Shown: positions 51,488 through 60,624 of the stretch, piece by piece | Numbering within the stretch: the stretch's first letter is position 1 | Layout: each line of letters begins with the position of its first letter | Assembly: GCA_963707635.1 (NCBI GenBank) | Contig: OY970173.1 | Location: forward strand, 1,568,001 to 1,632,000 | Direction: 5' to 3' | Length of the DNA stretch: 64,000 bases | From: Candidatus Latescibacterota bacterium | GTDB lineage: Bacteria > Krumholzibacteriota > Krumholzibacteriia > WVZY01 > JAKEHA01 | Notes under the pieces: generated by a model | What the model was told of the DNA's origin: nothing | The model's database searches: none | Seen by the model: the letters and a program-made list of their open reading frames with translations, nothing else | Program-made: the position numbers and the translations under genes

Positions 51488-52959
51488 CTAGACGCCGAAC
51501 CACATTCCTCGCTGCCTTGACGTTTGCCCTGGTCGCACTGGGCCAGGCACCCGTGTCGGCGCAGACGTTTCCGGTGACCCCCATCCTCGTCAACGGGGAC
51601 ACGGCCGACAAGGTCAACATCGTGTTCCTCGGCGACGGGTACACGTCGGCCCAGATGGCGCTGTACCTATCCGACGTCCAGAACGCGACGAACGCCCTTT
51701 TCCTCTCGCCTCCTTACTCGAACTACGAGTCGTTCTTCAACGTGTACGCCATCGAGATCCCCTCGGTGGAGTCCGGAACCGACCACCCATACACCGCTGC
51801 CGATTGTCCCGGAGGGCTGTCGACGTTCTACCGTGACACCTACTTCAACACCACGTTCGACTACGGAGGAATTCACCGGCTGCTGGTGGCGCAGGACTAC
51901 GAAGCGGTGTATTCGGTGCTGGCCGACAACTTCCCCGCCTGGGACGTTGTTTTCCTCGTCGTCAACCACTCGTACTACGGCGGGTCGGGCGGTGCCTTCG
52001 CCACGTTCTCGACGCACAGCTCGGCCGCCGAAATCGCGATCCACGAGGTGGGACACTCCTTCGCCGACCTCGCCGACGAATACGAATACGGCGGTATGCC
52101 AGGGTACGAGGCGCCCAATGCCACGGCGGAGACGACGCGCGAGCTGATCAAGTGGACCGACTGGATCGAAGCGTCCACCCCCGTGCCCACACCGTGGACC
52201 CCGCAGTATGAAAGCGTCATTGGCCTGTTCGAGGGCGCCGTTTACAACGCCCTGGGGTGGTACCGGCCCAAACTCGATTGCAAGATGCGGTCGCTGGGAA
52301 TCCCGTTCTGCTCCGTCTGCTCCGAGCAGACGGTCCACGAGGTTTACAATCTGGTCCCGATCATACGCAGTCACGAACCCGGCGATCCGGCCGTCGCGTT
52401 GCACGTCGGCCAGACGCAGGAGTTCTCGCTCACGACCTCGCAGCCCGTCCCCAACACCATCGAGACCACTTGGTACGTCGACGGCTCGCCCGTCGAGACG
52501 GGGTCGGAAACCCACAATTTCTTTTCCGGCGACTACGGCTCCGGCACCTACTCGCTGCAGGCGGTGAGCCGCGACGTGACGGCGCTCGTCCGCACCGACC
52601 CGTCAAACCTTCTCGAATCGAGCTACACCTGGACGGTCTCCGTGGACACGGTCCTCACCGGCGTTGGTAGCACGGCGTTGCCGCAGGCACGTCTCCATCA
52701 GAACATCCCCAACCCGTTCAACCCGCAGACGACGATCGAGTACGTGGTCAGCGTTCGCGCAACGGTTTCGATTGAGATCTTCGACGTGTCAGGAGCGCGG
52801 GTCCGTGTTCTGGACCAGGGCGCCCGTGAGGCGGGGAGCTACCGCGCGGAGTGGGACGGCCGCGACGCGGCCAATCGATCCGTGGGTAGCGGCATCTACT
52901 TCTATCGGCTCTCTGGGGTCAGGGGCGCGGAGACGCGAAAGATGGTGCTGCTCAAGTGA
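51484..52959 (+). CDS. M64 (IgA peptidase-like) metallopeptidase with FlgD-Ig-like tail
   Basis: NIVFLGDGY, PY..Y..FFNVY, YGGSG, HEVGHSFADLADEY, GLFEGA, YRP...CKMR..FCSVC. Confidence 0.88.
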   Translation: MTRRRTTFLAALTFALVALGQAPVSAQTFPVTPILVNGDTADKVNIVFLGDGYTSAQMALYLSDVQNATNALFLSPPYSNYESFFNVYAIEIPSVESGTDHPYTAADCPGGLSTFYRDTYFNTTFDYGGIHRLLVAQDYEAVYSVLADNFPAWDVVFLVVNHSYYGGSGGAFATFSTHSSAAEIAIHEVGHSFADLADEYEYGGMPGYEAPNATAETTRELIKWTDWIEASTPVPTPWTPQYESVIGLFEGAVYNALGWYRPKLDCKMRSLGIPFCSVCSEQTVHEVYNLVPIIRSHEPGDPAVALHVGQTQEFSLTTSQPVPNTIETTWYVDGSPVETGSETHNFFSGDYGSGTYSLQAVSRDVTALVRTDPSNLLESSYTWTVSVDTVLTGVGSTALPQARLHQNIPNPFNPQTTIEYVVSVRATVSIEIFDVSGARVRVLDQGAREAGSYRAEWDGRDAANRSVGSGIYFYRLSGVRGAETRKMVLLK

Positions 52960-52971
52960 TTTGGCGATCTG

Positions 52972-53010
52972 AAAGGCCCGGCTGCCTCTTCAGCAGCCGG
53001 GCTTCTTCTT
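52972..53010. terminator. Bidirectional intrinsic terminator
   Basis: AGGCCCGGCTGC/GCAGCCGGGCTT stem between convergent genes. Confidence 0.75.
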
Positions 53011-53028
53011 GTTACAAACTCGCTCAAC

Positions 53029-55119
53029 CTACCAGATATGAATTCTTTTATCCGGCTCGAGATAGAGTGAGTCTCCCGGCTGGACGTTGAAGGCGGAGTA
53101 CCAGGTGTCGATGCACGGGAGCGGGCCGTTGACACGGTACTCGGGGGGGCTGTGCTCGTTGGAGGTGACGCGCTGGGCGAGGGCGGCGGTGCGCATCTTG
53201 GATTTCCAGATCTGGGCAAAGCCGAGGTAGAAGCGCTGGTCGCCGGTGAGGCCGTCGATCACGGGCGCTTCTTCTCCGTTCAAACTCAGCACGTACGCCT
53301 GGTGCGCGATCTCGAGGCCGCCGAGGTCGCCGATGTTCTCACCGAGTGTGTTCTGGCCGTTGACGTGCATGCCGGGCAGGGGAACGAAGCCGTTATAGCG
53401 CTCGACAAGCGCATCGGCGCGCTCCTTGAAGCGGCTGGCATCGTCGGCTGTCCACCAGTCGCGCATGACGCCGTCGCCGTCGGACTTTCGTCCCTGGTCG
53501 TCGAAGCCGTGGCCGATTTCGTGGCCGATGACGGCGCCGATGGCTCCGTAATTCACGGCATCATCTGCATACGGATCGAAGAACGGGGGCTGGAGAATAG
53601 CGGCGGGGAACACGATCTCGTTCATGGGCGGGTTGTAGTACGCGTTCACGGCCTGGGGGTTCATGAGCCACTCTTTGCGGTCGACGGGCCGCGACAGCTT
53701 GCCGACCTGGTACTCGTACTCGAACGCCCGCGCGCGCATGACGTTGCCCATGAGGTCGTCCTTCGCGATCTTGAGGGCGGTGTAGTCGCGCCACTTCTCG
53801 GGATAGCCGATCTTGACGCCGAACTTGGCGAGCTTCGCGCGCGCGGCCTTTTTGGTGGCGTCGCTCATCCAGCTGGCGTTGTCGATGCGATCGCCCATGG
53901 CAATCAGAAGATTGCCCACGAGCTGGTCGATGTGGGCCTTGGCCTCGGGGGTGAAGTAGTGCTCGACGTAGAGCTTGCCGACGGCGTTGCCCATGGTCCC
54001 GTTGACGAGCCCAACGCCGCGTTTCCAGCGATCGCGCTGCTGCTTGGCGCCGGTCATCGCGGTGGACGTGAAGGTGAAGGTCGCGTCATCGAGATCCTTG
54101 GTGAGAAACGACGAGTTGTTGCGCAAGAGCCGCGCGGTGAGGAAGTCCTGCCACGCCTCGACGGGCGTCGGTTTGAAAACGGCCGCCATGCCGGTGTAGG
54201 CGCTCGGCGTCATAACCACGAATTCCTTCTGCGACCCCAATTCCGCTGCGCCCAGGTATTTGTCCCACGGAAAATCGGGAGCGAGCTTCTTGATCTGGTC
54301 GTGGGTCATCTTGTTGTAGGTCTTGTCGAGGTCGCGCGTCTGCTCGACGGGCCAGTGCGCCTCGGCGAGCTTGGTCTCGAGCGCGATCTGGCGGTCTGCG
54401 CGCATGCCGGGGTCGCTCTTGCCGGCCATGGTGAAGACGGTTTGCAGGTAGTCGTGGTACGCCTGCTTGGCCGCCGTGAAGCGCGGGTTGTCGGTCTTCA
54501 GATAGTAATCGCGGTCGGGGAGCCCGAGGCCGCTCTGCACGAAGTGCGGGATGTACTGCGACGGGACCTTCTCGTCCTGGTCGATATAGAAATTGAAGGG
54601 AGAATTGCTGCCGCCCTGGCCGCCGTTGACGCGGTTCATTTCGCCCATCAACGTGGCGATGTCGTCGAGACTCCTGGCTCCGTCGATCTTCTTGAAATAC
54701 GGGTCGAGCGGTTTCAGCCCCCTGGCATTGAGCGCGTCCTGGTCGATGTAGCCGGCGTAGATCTCGGCGATCTTCTGGCCGGTGGTCTCGATGGAACCGG
54801 TCGCGCGGGTCTGCTCCTGGATGATGTCCTTGATCTGGTCCTCTCCGCGGAGCTGAAGAAGGGTGAACGATCCATAGCTGGACAGGTCCGCGGGAATCTC
54901 GTAGGTCTCGAGCCAGTGGCCGCTGGCGTAGCGGTAGAAGTTGTCGCCGGGCTTGGCGCTGGTGTCGCGGGCGGTCAAGTCCACGCCCCAGGCGCCGAGC
55001 TCGGGCTTCGTGTTCTCGCTGCTCGACACGCTGTTGCTGCCCGCAACCACAACCGTGGAAACGCAGACCAGCGCGGCGATCGTGGCCAGGTGGGTCCGTT
55101 TAATAGAAAGCGTTCGCAT
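53029..55119 (-). CDS. M13 family metallopeptidase (PepO/neprilysin-like)
   Basis: PGDNFY.YA, GLGLPDRDYY, KIGYP, VNAYY, FPAAILQPPFF, GHEIGHGFDDQG, GENIGDLGG, HSP..YR.NG. Confidence 0.95.
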   Translation of the reverse strand: MRTLSIKRTHLATIAALVCVSTVVVAGSNSVSSSENTKPELGAWGVDLTARDTSAKPGDNFYRYASGHWLETYEIPADLSSYGSFTLLQLRGEDQIKDIIQEQTRATGSIETTGQKIAEIYAGYIDQDALNARGLKPLDPYFKKIDGARSLDDIATLMGEMNRVNGGQGGSNSPFNFYIDQDEKVPSQYIPHFVQSGLGLPDRDYYLKTDNPRFTAAKQAYHDYLQTVFTMAGKSDPGMRADRQIALETKLAEAHWPVEQTRDLDKTYNKMTHDQIKKLAPDFPWDKYLGAAELGSQKEFVVMTPSAYTGMAAVFKPTPVEAWQDFLTARLLRNNSSFLTKDLDDATFTFTSTAMTGAKQQRDRWKRGVGLVNGTMGNAVGKLYVEHYFTPEAKAHIDQLVGNLLIAMGDRIDNASWMSDATKKAARAKLAKFGVKIGYPEKWRDYTALKIAKDDLMGNVMRARAFEYEYQVGKLSRPVDRKEWLMNPQAVNAYYNPPMNEIVFPAAILQPPFFDPYADDAVNYGAIGAVIGHEIGHGFDDQGRKSDGDGVMRDWWTADDASRFKERADALVERYNGFVPLPGMHVNGQNTLGENIGDLGGLEIAHQAYVLSLNGEEAPVIDGLTGDQRFYLGFAQIWKSKMRTAALAQRVTSNEHSPPEYRVNGPLPCIDTWYSAFNVQPGDSLYLEPDKRIHIW

Positions 55120-55258
55120 CGTCCTTTTCCTCTCTTGAACTTGGGGACGTCAGAAAGCGCGCGGGTGGGAGCTCATCGTTCCTACGCGAATTCGGGGCTA
55201 TTGTTGCCCGACCGGACGGGCCGAATCAATGGGGAAGTGGGCTCCGCGCGGTTCCCGG

Positions 55259-55280
55259 TCGATTCCGCGCACCAGCTCCA
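55259..55280 (+). repeat. Second att-like direct repeat of the tRNA-Thr 3' end (22 bp)
   Basis: TCGATTCCGCGCACCAGCTCCA identical to 44116-44137; degenerate TCCGCG..GTTC just upstream. Confidence 0.85.
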
Positions 55281-55468
55281 CTTCGTTTCAGACGGCGGTT
55301 CGACCTTTCATCCTTGTGAGCCGGCCAACTCGTCACCCTGCAGGAGATAGCCTCGATTGGCGCGCAGGCTCGGGGATGACAGAATCCTCCCTCGCCGGGC
55401 TCCACGTAACGCCCTGAGGATCAACAATGCTGAACCTCTCCTGCAGAATGGCCCAGATCAAGCCTTCC

Positions 55469-57859
55469 TTAGCGGGCGATCACCATCTTGCGCGTGATCG
55501 TCGTCCCGTTCGCGGTCACCTTGCAGAAGTAGACGCCGCTCGCAAGCTCACGACCACCATCGTCGAACCCGCCGAGTACGATTCTGTGCCAGCCCGCCGT
55601 CCGCTCCGGCAACACGGTCTCCCGTACCCTCCGCCCTGCAACGTCGTAGAGTTCGATCTCGACATCGGAGTTTGCGGGCAACCCGATGTCGATCTCCGTT
55701 TCGCCGCTGAATGGATTCGGATGGTTCGGGAGCACAGTGAGGCGGGTAATAGATGGCGAATTGCCGACGTGGGTGGTTGCCGAGACACTGGCTTCGTTCG
55801 ACGGGGGACTCTGGTTCCTGTGCACGTCGTCGGCGGTCACAATGTAGTAGAGCGCGCTGGACGGCGCGGCCGCGTCCACCATCACGGTGTCCTCCACACT
55901 CGATAGAAAGTTGGCTGGCAGCGGCGTCACGCCCGCCATCGTCTTTCGATAGACCGAGTAGTCGCGCAGATCGGCGACACGGACGCGGTTCCATTTCAGC
56001 TGGACGTCGGTGCCGATGCGATGCGCCGTGAGATACAACGGGGCGGCGGGGGCGAGGTTGTCTACCGAGTGACCGCTCACGGCGTTGGATGCGAACGCGA
56101 TGTGCTCGTCGGTGACGGCGTGGGCGGCCACCATGAAGAACTCGGTACCGGGGTTGCCTGCCACCGAGTCCGAGCGCGTTTGCGTGGAGAACGAATAGTT
56201 CGCCCACCGGTAGGCGGTCTGGGTGCCCACCAGCTCCCAGTAGTACCCGGAGGGTGCTGTGGCGTGGACGTGTGGCGGTGTGTCCGGACCGACGTGCTCG
56301 ATGGCCGTTAACGCTTCGCCCGCGACAAGCGCCGACGCGTCGACTGCTCGCCAGATCGAGTAGTAGTCGATGGTGGCGGGGACCGGGAGGTCGCGACCGC
56401 TCGCGGTCCAGTTGACCGCCACTTTACCCCCCTGGTCGTTGGGGACGTCCGCGACCGAGGTCACAGCGGGCTCCGGGTGGCCCCAGTAGCCGTACGTCCC
56501 TTCCACGCGCTGGGCGTAGACGTCGGGGGCCAACGGTTCGCTCCGATAGTCGCTCCAGACCACGATGCTCCCGCCAGCTCCATCCGCGACGATGGCCGAG
56601 CTGGCCTGTGCTCCGGCGGCGTTGCAGAGGGGCGCTCCGTCGGATGCCCACTGGATCGAACCCGATGCATGGATTCGCTGCATGTAGATGTTTCCGGTGA
56701 AGTCTCTCACGTCGTCCCACACGACGATCGCACCGCCGATTCCGTCGGATGCGATCACAGGGTAGTATTGCGAATAGGTGGCAGTGCACAGCGGCACGCC
56801 ATTCGGCGTCCAGGCGACCCCGCCGGAGGCCGTAACGCGTTGCACGTAGATATCGCCCTGGTCGAATCGGCCGTCCTGCCACGTCACGATTGCGCCCCCG
56901 GCCGCGTCCGAGGCAATCTTTGGGTAATCTTGGTCGGAGGACGCCGTGCAAAGGGCCACGCCGTTTGACGTCCACTGGGGCGTCCCGACGCCGTTGATCC
57001 GCTGCGCGTAGATGTCGAAGTCCGTTCCACTTCGATAGTCCTCCCACGTCACAATCGCGCCCCCGCTCCCGTCGGAGATGATCGTTGAATACATCTGAGT
57101 GTTCGCGGCGGAGGTCAGCGCCACGCCGTTCACCGCCCACTGAACCACTCCCGATGGATTGATCCGCTGTGCATAGACGTCATTACTAGTATCCCAGGCC
57201 ACGAGCGCCCCCCCTGCTCCGTCCGGAACAATCCCGGGGTTGTACGGGGTATACGGAGCGGTGAGGGCCACCGGCACGCCATTGGCCGGCCACTGGACGG
57301 CTCCCGATGCGTTTATGCGTTGCGCGTACACGCCAACCCCGCCACTTCGGAAATCCACCCAGGTCACGATCGCACCCCCGGCTCCATCCGAAATGATCAC
57401 GGGTGCTATTTGATCGCCCACGGCCGCGCACAGGGCCACGCCGTTAGCCGCCCACATCACTGACCCCGAGGCGTTGACCCGCTGCGCGTAGATGTCGTTG
57501 GTCCCGCCTCGAAGGTCGAACCAGGTCACGATCGCACCGCCCGTTCCATCCGAGACGAGCCTCGGTTGGTAGCGCGCGCCGGGGACCGCGGTGAGTGGCA
57601 CTCCGTTGGCCGTCCACACGATCGCCCCAAAGGTTGTGATTCGCTGAACGTAGACTTGGTAGGTCCCGGTTCGACGGTCCAACCAGGCGATAATCGCGCC
57701 CCCCGCTCCGTCCGACGCGGGCACGGGGCTGAGCTGTTCATCCGCAGTGGTGCACAGCGCCGAACCATCGGGCTGCCAGTGCGCCGCGATAGCAGGCGAG
57801 ACCACGGCCAGTGAAAGAATCCGAATGAGTGTGCCAATTCGCGCCATACGCAGTTGCAT
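55469..57859 (-). CDS. Secreted DGAGGAI-repeat beta-propeller + NDQG/DNLAP linker + FlgD-Ig-like tail
   Basis: Signal peptide; seven SDG.GGAIVTW.D.R....DIYAQR repeats; NHPNPF...SGVYFCKV...RKMVIAR. Confidence 0.85.
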   Translation of the reverse strand: MQLRMARIGTLIRILSLAVVSPAIAAHWQPDGSALCTTADEQLSPVPASDGAGGAIIAWLDRRTGTYQVYVQRITTFGAIVWTANGVPLTAVPGARYQPRLVSDGTGGAIVTWFDLRGGTNDIYAQRVNASGSVMWAANGVALCAAVGDQIAPVIISDGAGGAIVTWVDFRSGGVGVYAQRINASGAVQWPANGVPVALTAPYTPYNPGIVPDGAGGALVAWDTSNDVYAQRINPSGVVQWAVNGVALTSAANTQMYSTIISDGSGGAIVTWEDYRSGTDFDIYAQRINGVGTPQWTSNGVALCTASSDQDYPKIASDAAGGAIVTWQDGRFDQGDIYVQRVTASGGVAWTPNGVPLCTATYSQYYPVIASDGIGGAIVVWDDVRDFTGNIYMQRIHASGSIQWASDGAPLCNAAGAQASSAIVADGAGGSIVVWSDYRSEPLAPDVYAQRVEGTYGYWGHPEPAVTSVADVPNDQGGKVAVNWTASGRDLPVPATIDYYSIWRAVDASALVAGEALTAIEHVGPDTPPHVHATAPSGYYWELVGTQTAYRWANYSFSTQTRSDSVAGNPGTEFFMVAAHAVTDEHIAFASNAVSGHSVDNLAPAAPLYLTAHRIGTDVQLKWNRVRVADLRDYSVYRKTMAGVTPLPANFLSSVEDTVMVDAAAPSSALYYIVTADDVHRNQSPPSNEASVSATTHVGNSPSITRLTVLPNHPNPFSGETEIDIGLPANSDVEIELYDVAGRRVRETVLPERTAGWHRIVLGGFDDGGRELASGVYFCKVTANGTTITRKMVIAR
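55754..56529. repeat. 776-bp direct repeat, copy 1
   Basis: Matches 58144-58919; one mismatch seen (near 55916). Confidence 0.9.
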
Positions 57860-57861
57860 CC

Positions 57862-60252
57862 CTAGCGAGCGATCACCATCTTGCGCGTGACGGTTGCTCC
57901 GGCGGCGCGAACGCGATAGAAGTAGACCCCGCTCGGGAGCGTGCCCCCCGCGTTGTGAGCGTCAAACGAGATTTCACGCCACCCGGCGGCGAGTAGCCCC
58001 GTCCGTTCACGTCGAACACTTCGTCCAGTCACATCGAACACCTCAATCTCCACCGTGCTCGCCTTCGGCAACCCGATCTGCAAGGTCGTCGTTGCGACAA
58101 ATGGATTGGGGAGGTTGTCCCGCACTGCAAGGCGGGAAATAGTTGGCGAATTGCCGACGTGGGTGGTTGCCGAGACACTGGCTTCGTTCGACGGGGGACT
58201 CTGGTTCCTGTGCACGTCGTCGGCGGTCACAATGTAGTAGAGCGCGCTGGACGGCGCGGCCGCGTCCACCATCACGGTGTCCTCCACACTCGATAGAAAG
58301 TTGGCCGGCAGCGGCGTCACGCCCGCCATCGTCTTTCGATAGACCGAGTAGTCGCGCAGATCGGCGACACGGACGCGGTTCCATTTCAGCTGGACGTCGG
58401 TGCCGATGCGATGCGCCGTGAGATACAACGGGGCGGCGGGGGCGAGGTTGTCTACCGAGTGACCGCTCACGGCGTTGGATGCGAACGCGATGTGCTCGTC
58501 GGTGACGGCGTGGGCGGCCACCATGAAGAACTCGGTACCGGGGTTGCCTGCCACCGAGTCCGAGCGCGTTTGCGTGGAGAACGAATAGTTCGCCCACCGG
58601 TAGGCGGTCTGGGTGCCCACCAGCTCCCAGTAGTACCCGGAGGGTGCTGTGGCGTGGACGTGTGGCGGTGTGTCCGGACCGACGTGCTCGATGGCCGTTA
58701 ACGCTTCGCCCGCGACAAGCGCCGACGCGTCGACTGCTCGCCAGATCGAGTAGTAGTCGATGGTGGCGGGGACCGGGAGGTCGCGACCGCTCGCGGTCCA
58801 GTTGACCGCCACTTTACCCCCCTGGTCGTTGGGGACGTCCGCGACCGAGGTCACAGCGGGCTCCGGGTGGCCCCAGTAGCCGTACGTCCCTTCCACGCGC
58901 TGGGCGTAGACGTCGGGGGTTGTCGAGCCGCTGCGGTAGTCCTGCCACGTCACGATCGCGCCGCCGGTTCCATCCGGTGCGATCCTGGGGTCGCTCTGGG
59001 CGTTGACGTCGGTGCAGAGCCGCACTCCGTCAAGCGCCCACTGGGCCGCGCCCAGCGCATCGAGCCGCTGGGCGTAGATGTTGAACAGAGGCCCGTCGCG
59101 AGCGTCGCGCCACGTGACGACCGCGCCGCCGACGCCGTCGGCGGCGATCGCGGCAAAGTCCTGAAGATCTGCGGCGGCGCAGACGGCCACTCCGTTCGGA
59201 ATCCACTGGATTGTGCCCGACGCATCGATGCGTTGCGCGTAAATGTCGGAGGTTCCAGCCACCCGACTGTCGTGCCAGGCCATGATCGCCCCGCCGGCTC
59301 CGTCCGAAACCATCACGGGGAAGGCTTGTTCGTTTGCGAGCGCACAGATGGCCAGCCCGTTTGGTGTCAACTGGATCACGCCCGACGCGTCGATTCGCTG
59401 CGTGTAGATGTCGTAATTGCCGCTTCGCGAGTCGGACCAGGTGACGATTGCGCCCCCGGCTCCGTCCGAGACGATCGACGGACTGCCCTGATCATTCCCG
59501 GCTGTGCAGAGAGGGGTGCCGTTGGCGGTCCACTGCGCCACGCCCGAGGCGTTTAGCCGCTGTGCGTAGACGTCGTAGTTGCCGCTTCGACCATCGGACC
59601 AGACGACGATCGTGCCACCGCCCCCGTCGGAAGCGAGCATGGGACCGCTCTGACTGTTCGCGGCGGCCGCAACGGCGATCCCGTTCGGTGTCCACTGCAC
59701 AATTCCCATGGCGTTGATGCGCTGCGCGTAGAGGTCCGAGATGTCGTTTCGCGAGTCTGACCACGCCGCGATCGCGCCTCCGGCCCCGTCCGCGACTATC
59801 TTGGGTTCGATCTGGAAGCCCGGATCGGTGCAGAGCGGCACCCCGTTTGGCGTCCACTGGACGACCCCGAACGCATTAACTCGCTGCGCATATATGTCGG
59901 GCGCGCCGCTTCGATAGTCGAACCAGGTCACGATCGCGCCCCCGGCCCCGTCTGAGACGATCTTGGCATTTAACTGACCGTTTGAAGCAGTGCAGAGCGG
60001 CACCCCGTCAGGCGTCCACTGCACAATGCCCGAGGCGTTGATCCGCTGTGCGTAGATCTGGGGGTCGCCGTTAACGCGAACGTCGAACCAGGTCACGATC
60101 ACGCCGCCGGCGCCATCCGAGACGATCGTCGGGGCGGCCTGTTCACCGGGCGCGGTGCAGAGGCCCGCACCGTCGAGTTGCCACTGCGCGAGTCCGGCAG
60201 CCGGCGTCGAAACAACGGCAACGGTCAGGATGATGGCGGCGATCCGGCGCAT
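57862..60252 (-). CDS. Tandem paralog: secreted DGAGGAI-repeat beta-propeller + linker + FlgD-Ig-like tail
   Basis: Signal peptide MRRIAAIILTVAVVSTPAAGLA; same architecture; NLPNPF...SGVYFYRV...RKMVIAR. Confidence 0.85.
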   Translation of the reverse strand: MRRIAAIILTVAVVSTPAAGLAQWQLDGAGLCTAPGEQAAPTIVSDGAGGVIVTWFDVRVNGDPQIYAQRINASGIVQWTPDGVPLCTASNGQLNAKIVSDGAGGAIVTWFDYRSGAPDIYAQRVNAFGVVQWTPNGVPLCTDPGFQIEPKIVADGAGGAIAAWSDSRNDISDLYAQRINAMGIVQWTPNGIAVAAAANSQSGPMLASDGGGGTIVVWSDGRSGNYDVYAQRLNASGVAQWTANGTPLCTAGNDQGSPSIVSDGAGGAIVTWSDSRSGNYDIYTQRIDASGVIQLTPNGLAICALANEQAFPVMVSDGAGGAIMAWHDSRVAGTSDIYAQRIDASGTIQWIPNGVAVCAAADLQDFAAIAADGVGGAVVTWRDARDGPLFNIYAQRLDALGAAQWALDGVRLCTDVNAQSDPRIAPDGTGGAIVTWQDYRSGSTTPDVYAQRVEGTYGYWGHPEPAVTSVADVPNDQGGKVAVNWTASGRDLPVPATIDYYSIWRAVDASALVAGEALTAIEHVGPDTPPHVHATAPSGYYWELVGTQTAYRWANYSFSTQTRSDSVAGNPGTEFFMVAAHAVTDEHIAFASNAVSGHSVDNLAPAAPLYLTAHRIGTDVQLKWNRVRVADLRDYSVYRKTMAGVTPLPANFLSSVEDTVMVDAAAPSSALYYIVTADDVHRNQSPPSNEASVSATTHVGNSPTISRLAVRDNLPNPFVATTTLQIGLPKASTVEIEVFDVTGRSVRRERTGLLAAGWREISFDAHNAGGTLPSGVYFYRVRAAGATVTRKMVIAR
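58144..58919. repeat. 776-bp direct repeat, copy 2
   Basis: Matches 55754-56529 at an offset of 2390. Confidence 0.9.
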
Positions 60253-60437
60253 GCACGGCGTCTGGAGTGACTGGCGGCGTCGGCGACCGCCTATCCACTG
60301 CGGGGAGCGGACACCCGGCCGACGGCTGCGGGTGTCGGCGACCAGACGGGACTTCCGGAAACTGCGAAGCGCTGGCGCCATTGAATATTAGCGGAATCAT
60401 CGGCGGGTTGGCAACAAGATGGTTTGCATGGCCCCGG

Positions 60438-60524
60438 ACCGTCTTCGACTTTCCGATGATCGACAATCTGCGGATCGCGCACGGCCAGCGCTGCGCTCTG
60501 GTGCTCACCCACGTCTCCGACCAG
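60438..60524 (+). repeat. Diverged non-coding copy of an internal segment (61691-61783) of the downstream gene
   Basis: Reads FDFPMIDNLRIAHGQRCALVLT..SDQ; five substitutions and a 6-nt deletion relative to the gene. Confidence 0.85.
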
Positions 60525-60624
60525 ACGTGTTGTCGCGCTGACCGGGGGTCTGATAGAATGCTCGCGGCCGGGCTCCAGAGACGCCCGAAGTCGCCCCGCT
60601 TTCTAGAGACCCTGGAGGTACGAC

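Noticed and set aside
44138..55469. Prophage, ICE or integron
   Set aside because: No integrase, structural or conjugation genes recognised, and no convincing RYYYAAC...GTTRRRY attC sites.
55754..58919. IS element or DGR explaining the 776-bp repeat
   Set aside because: The block is in-frame coding sequence with no terminal inverted repeats or transposase, and it has just one synonymous difference.
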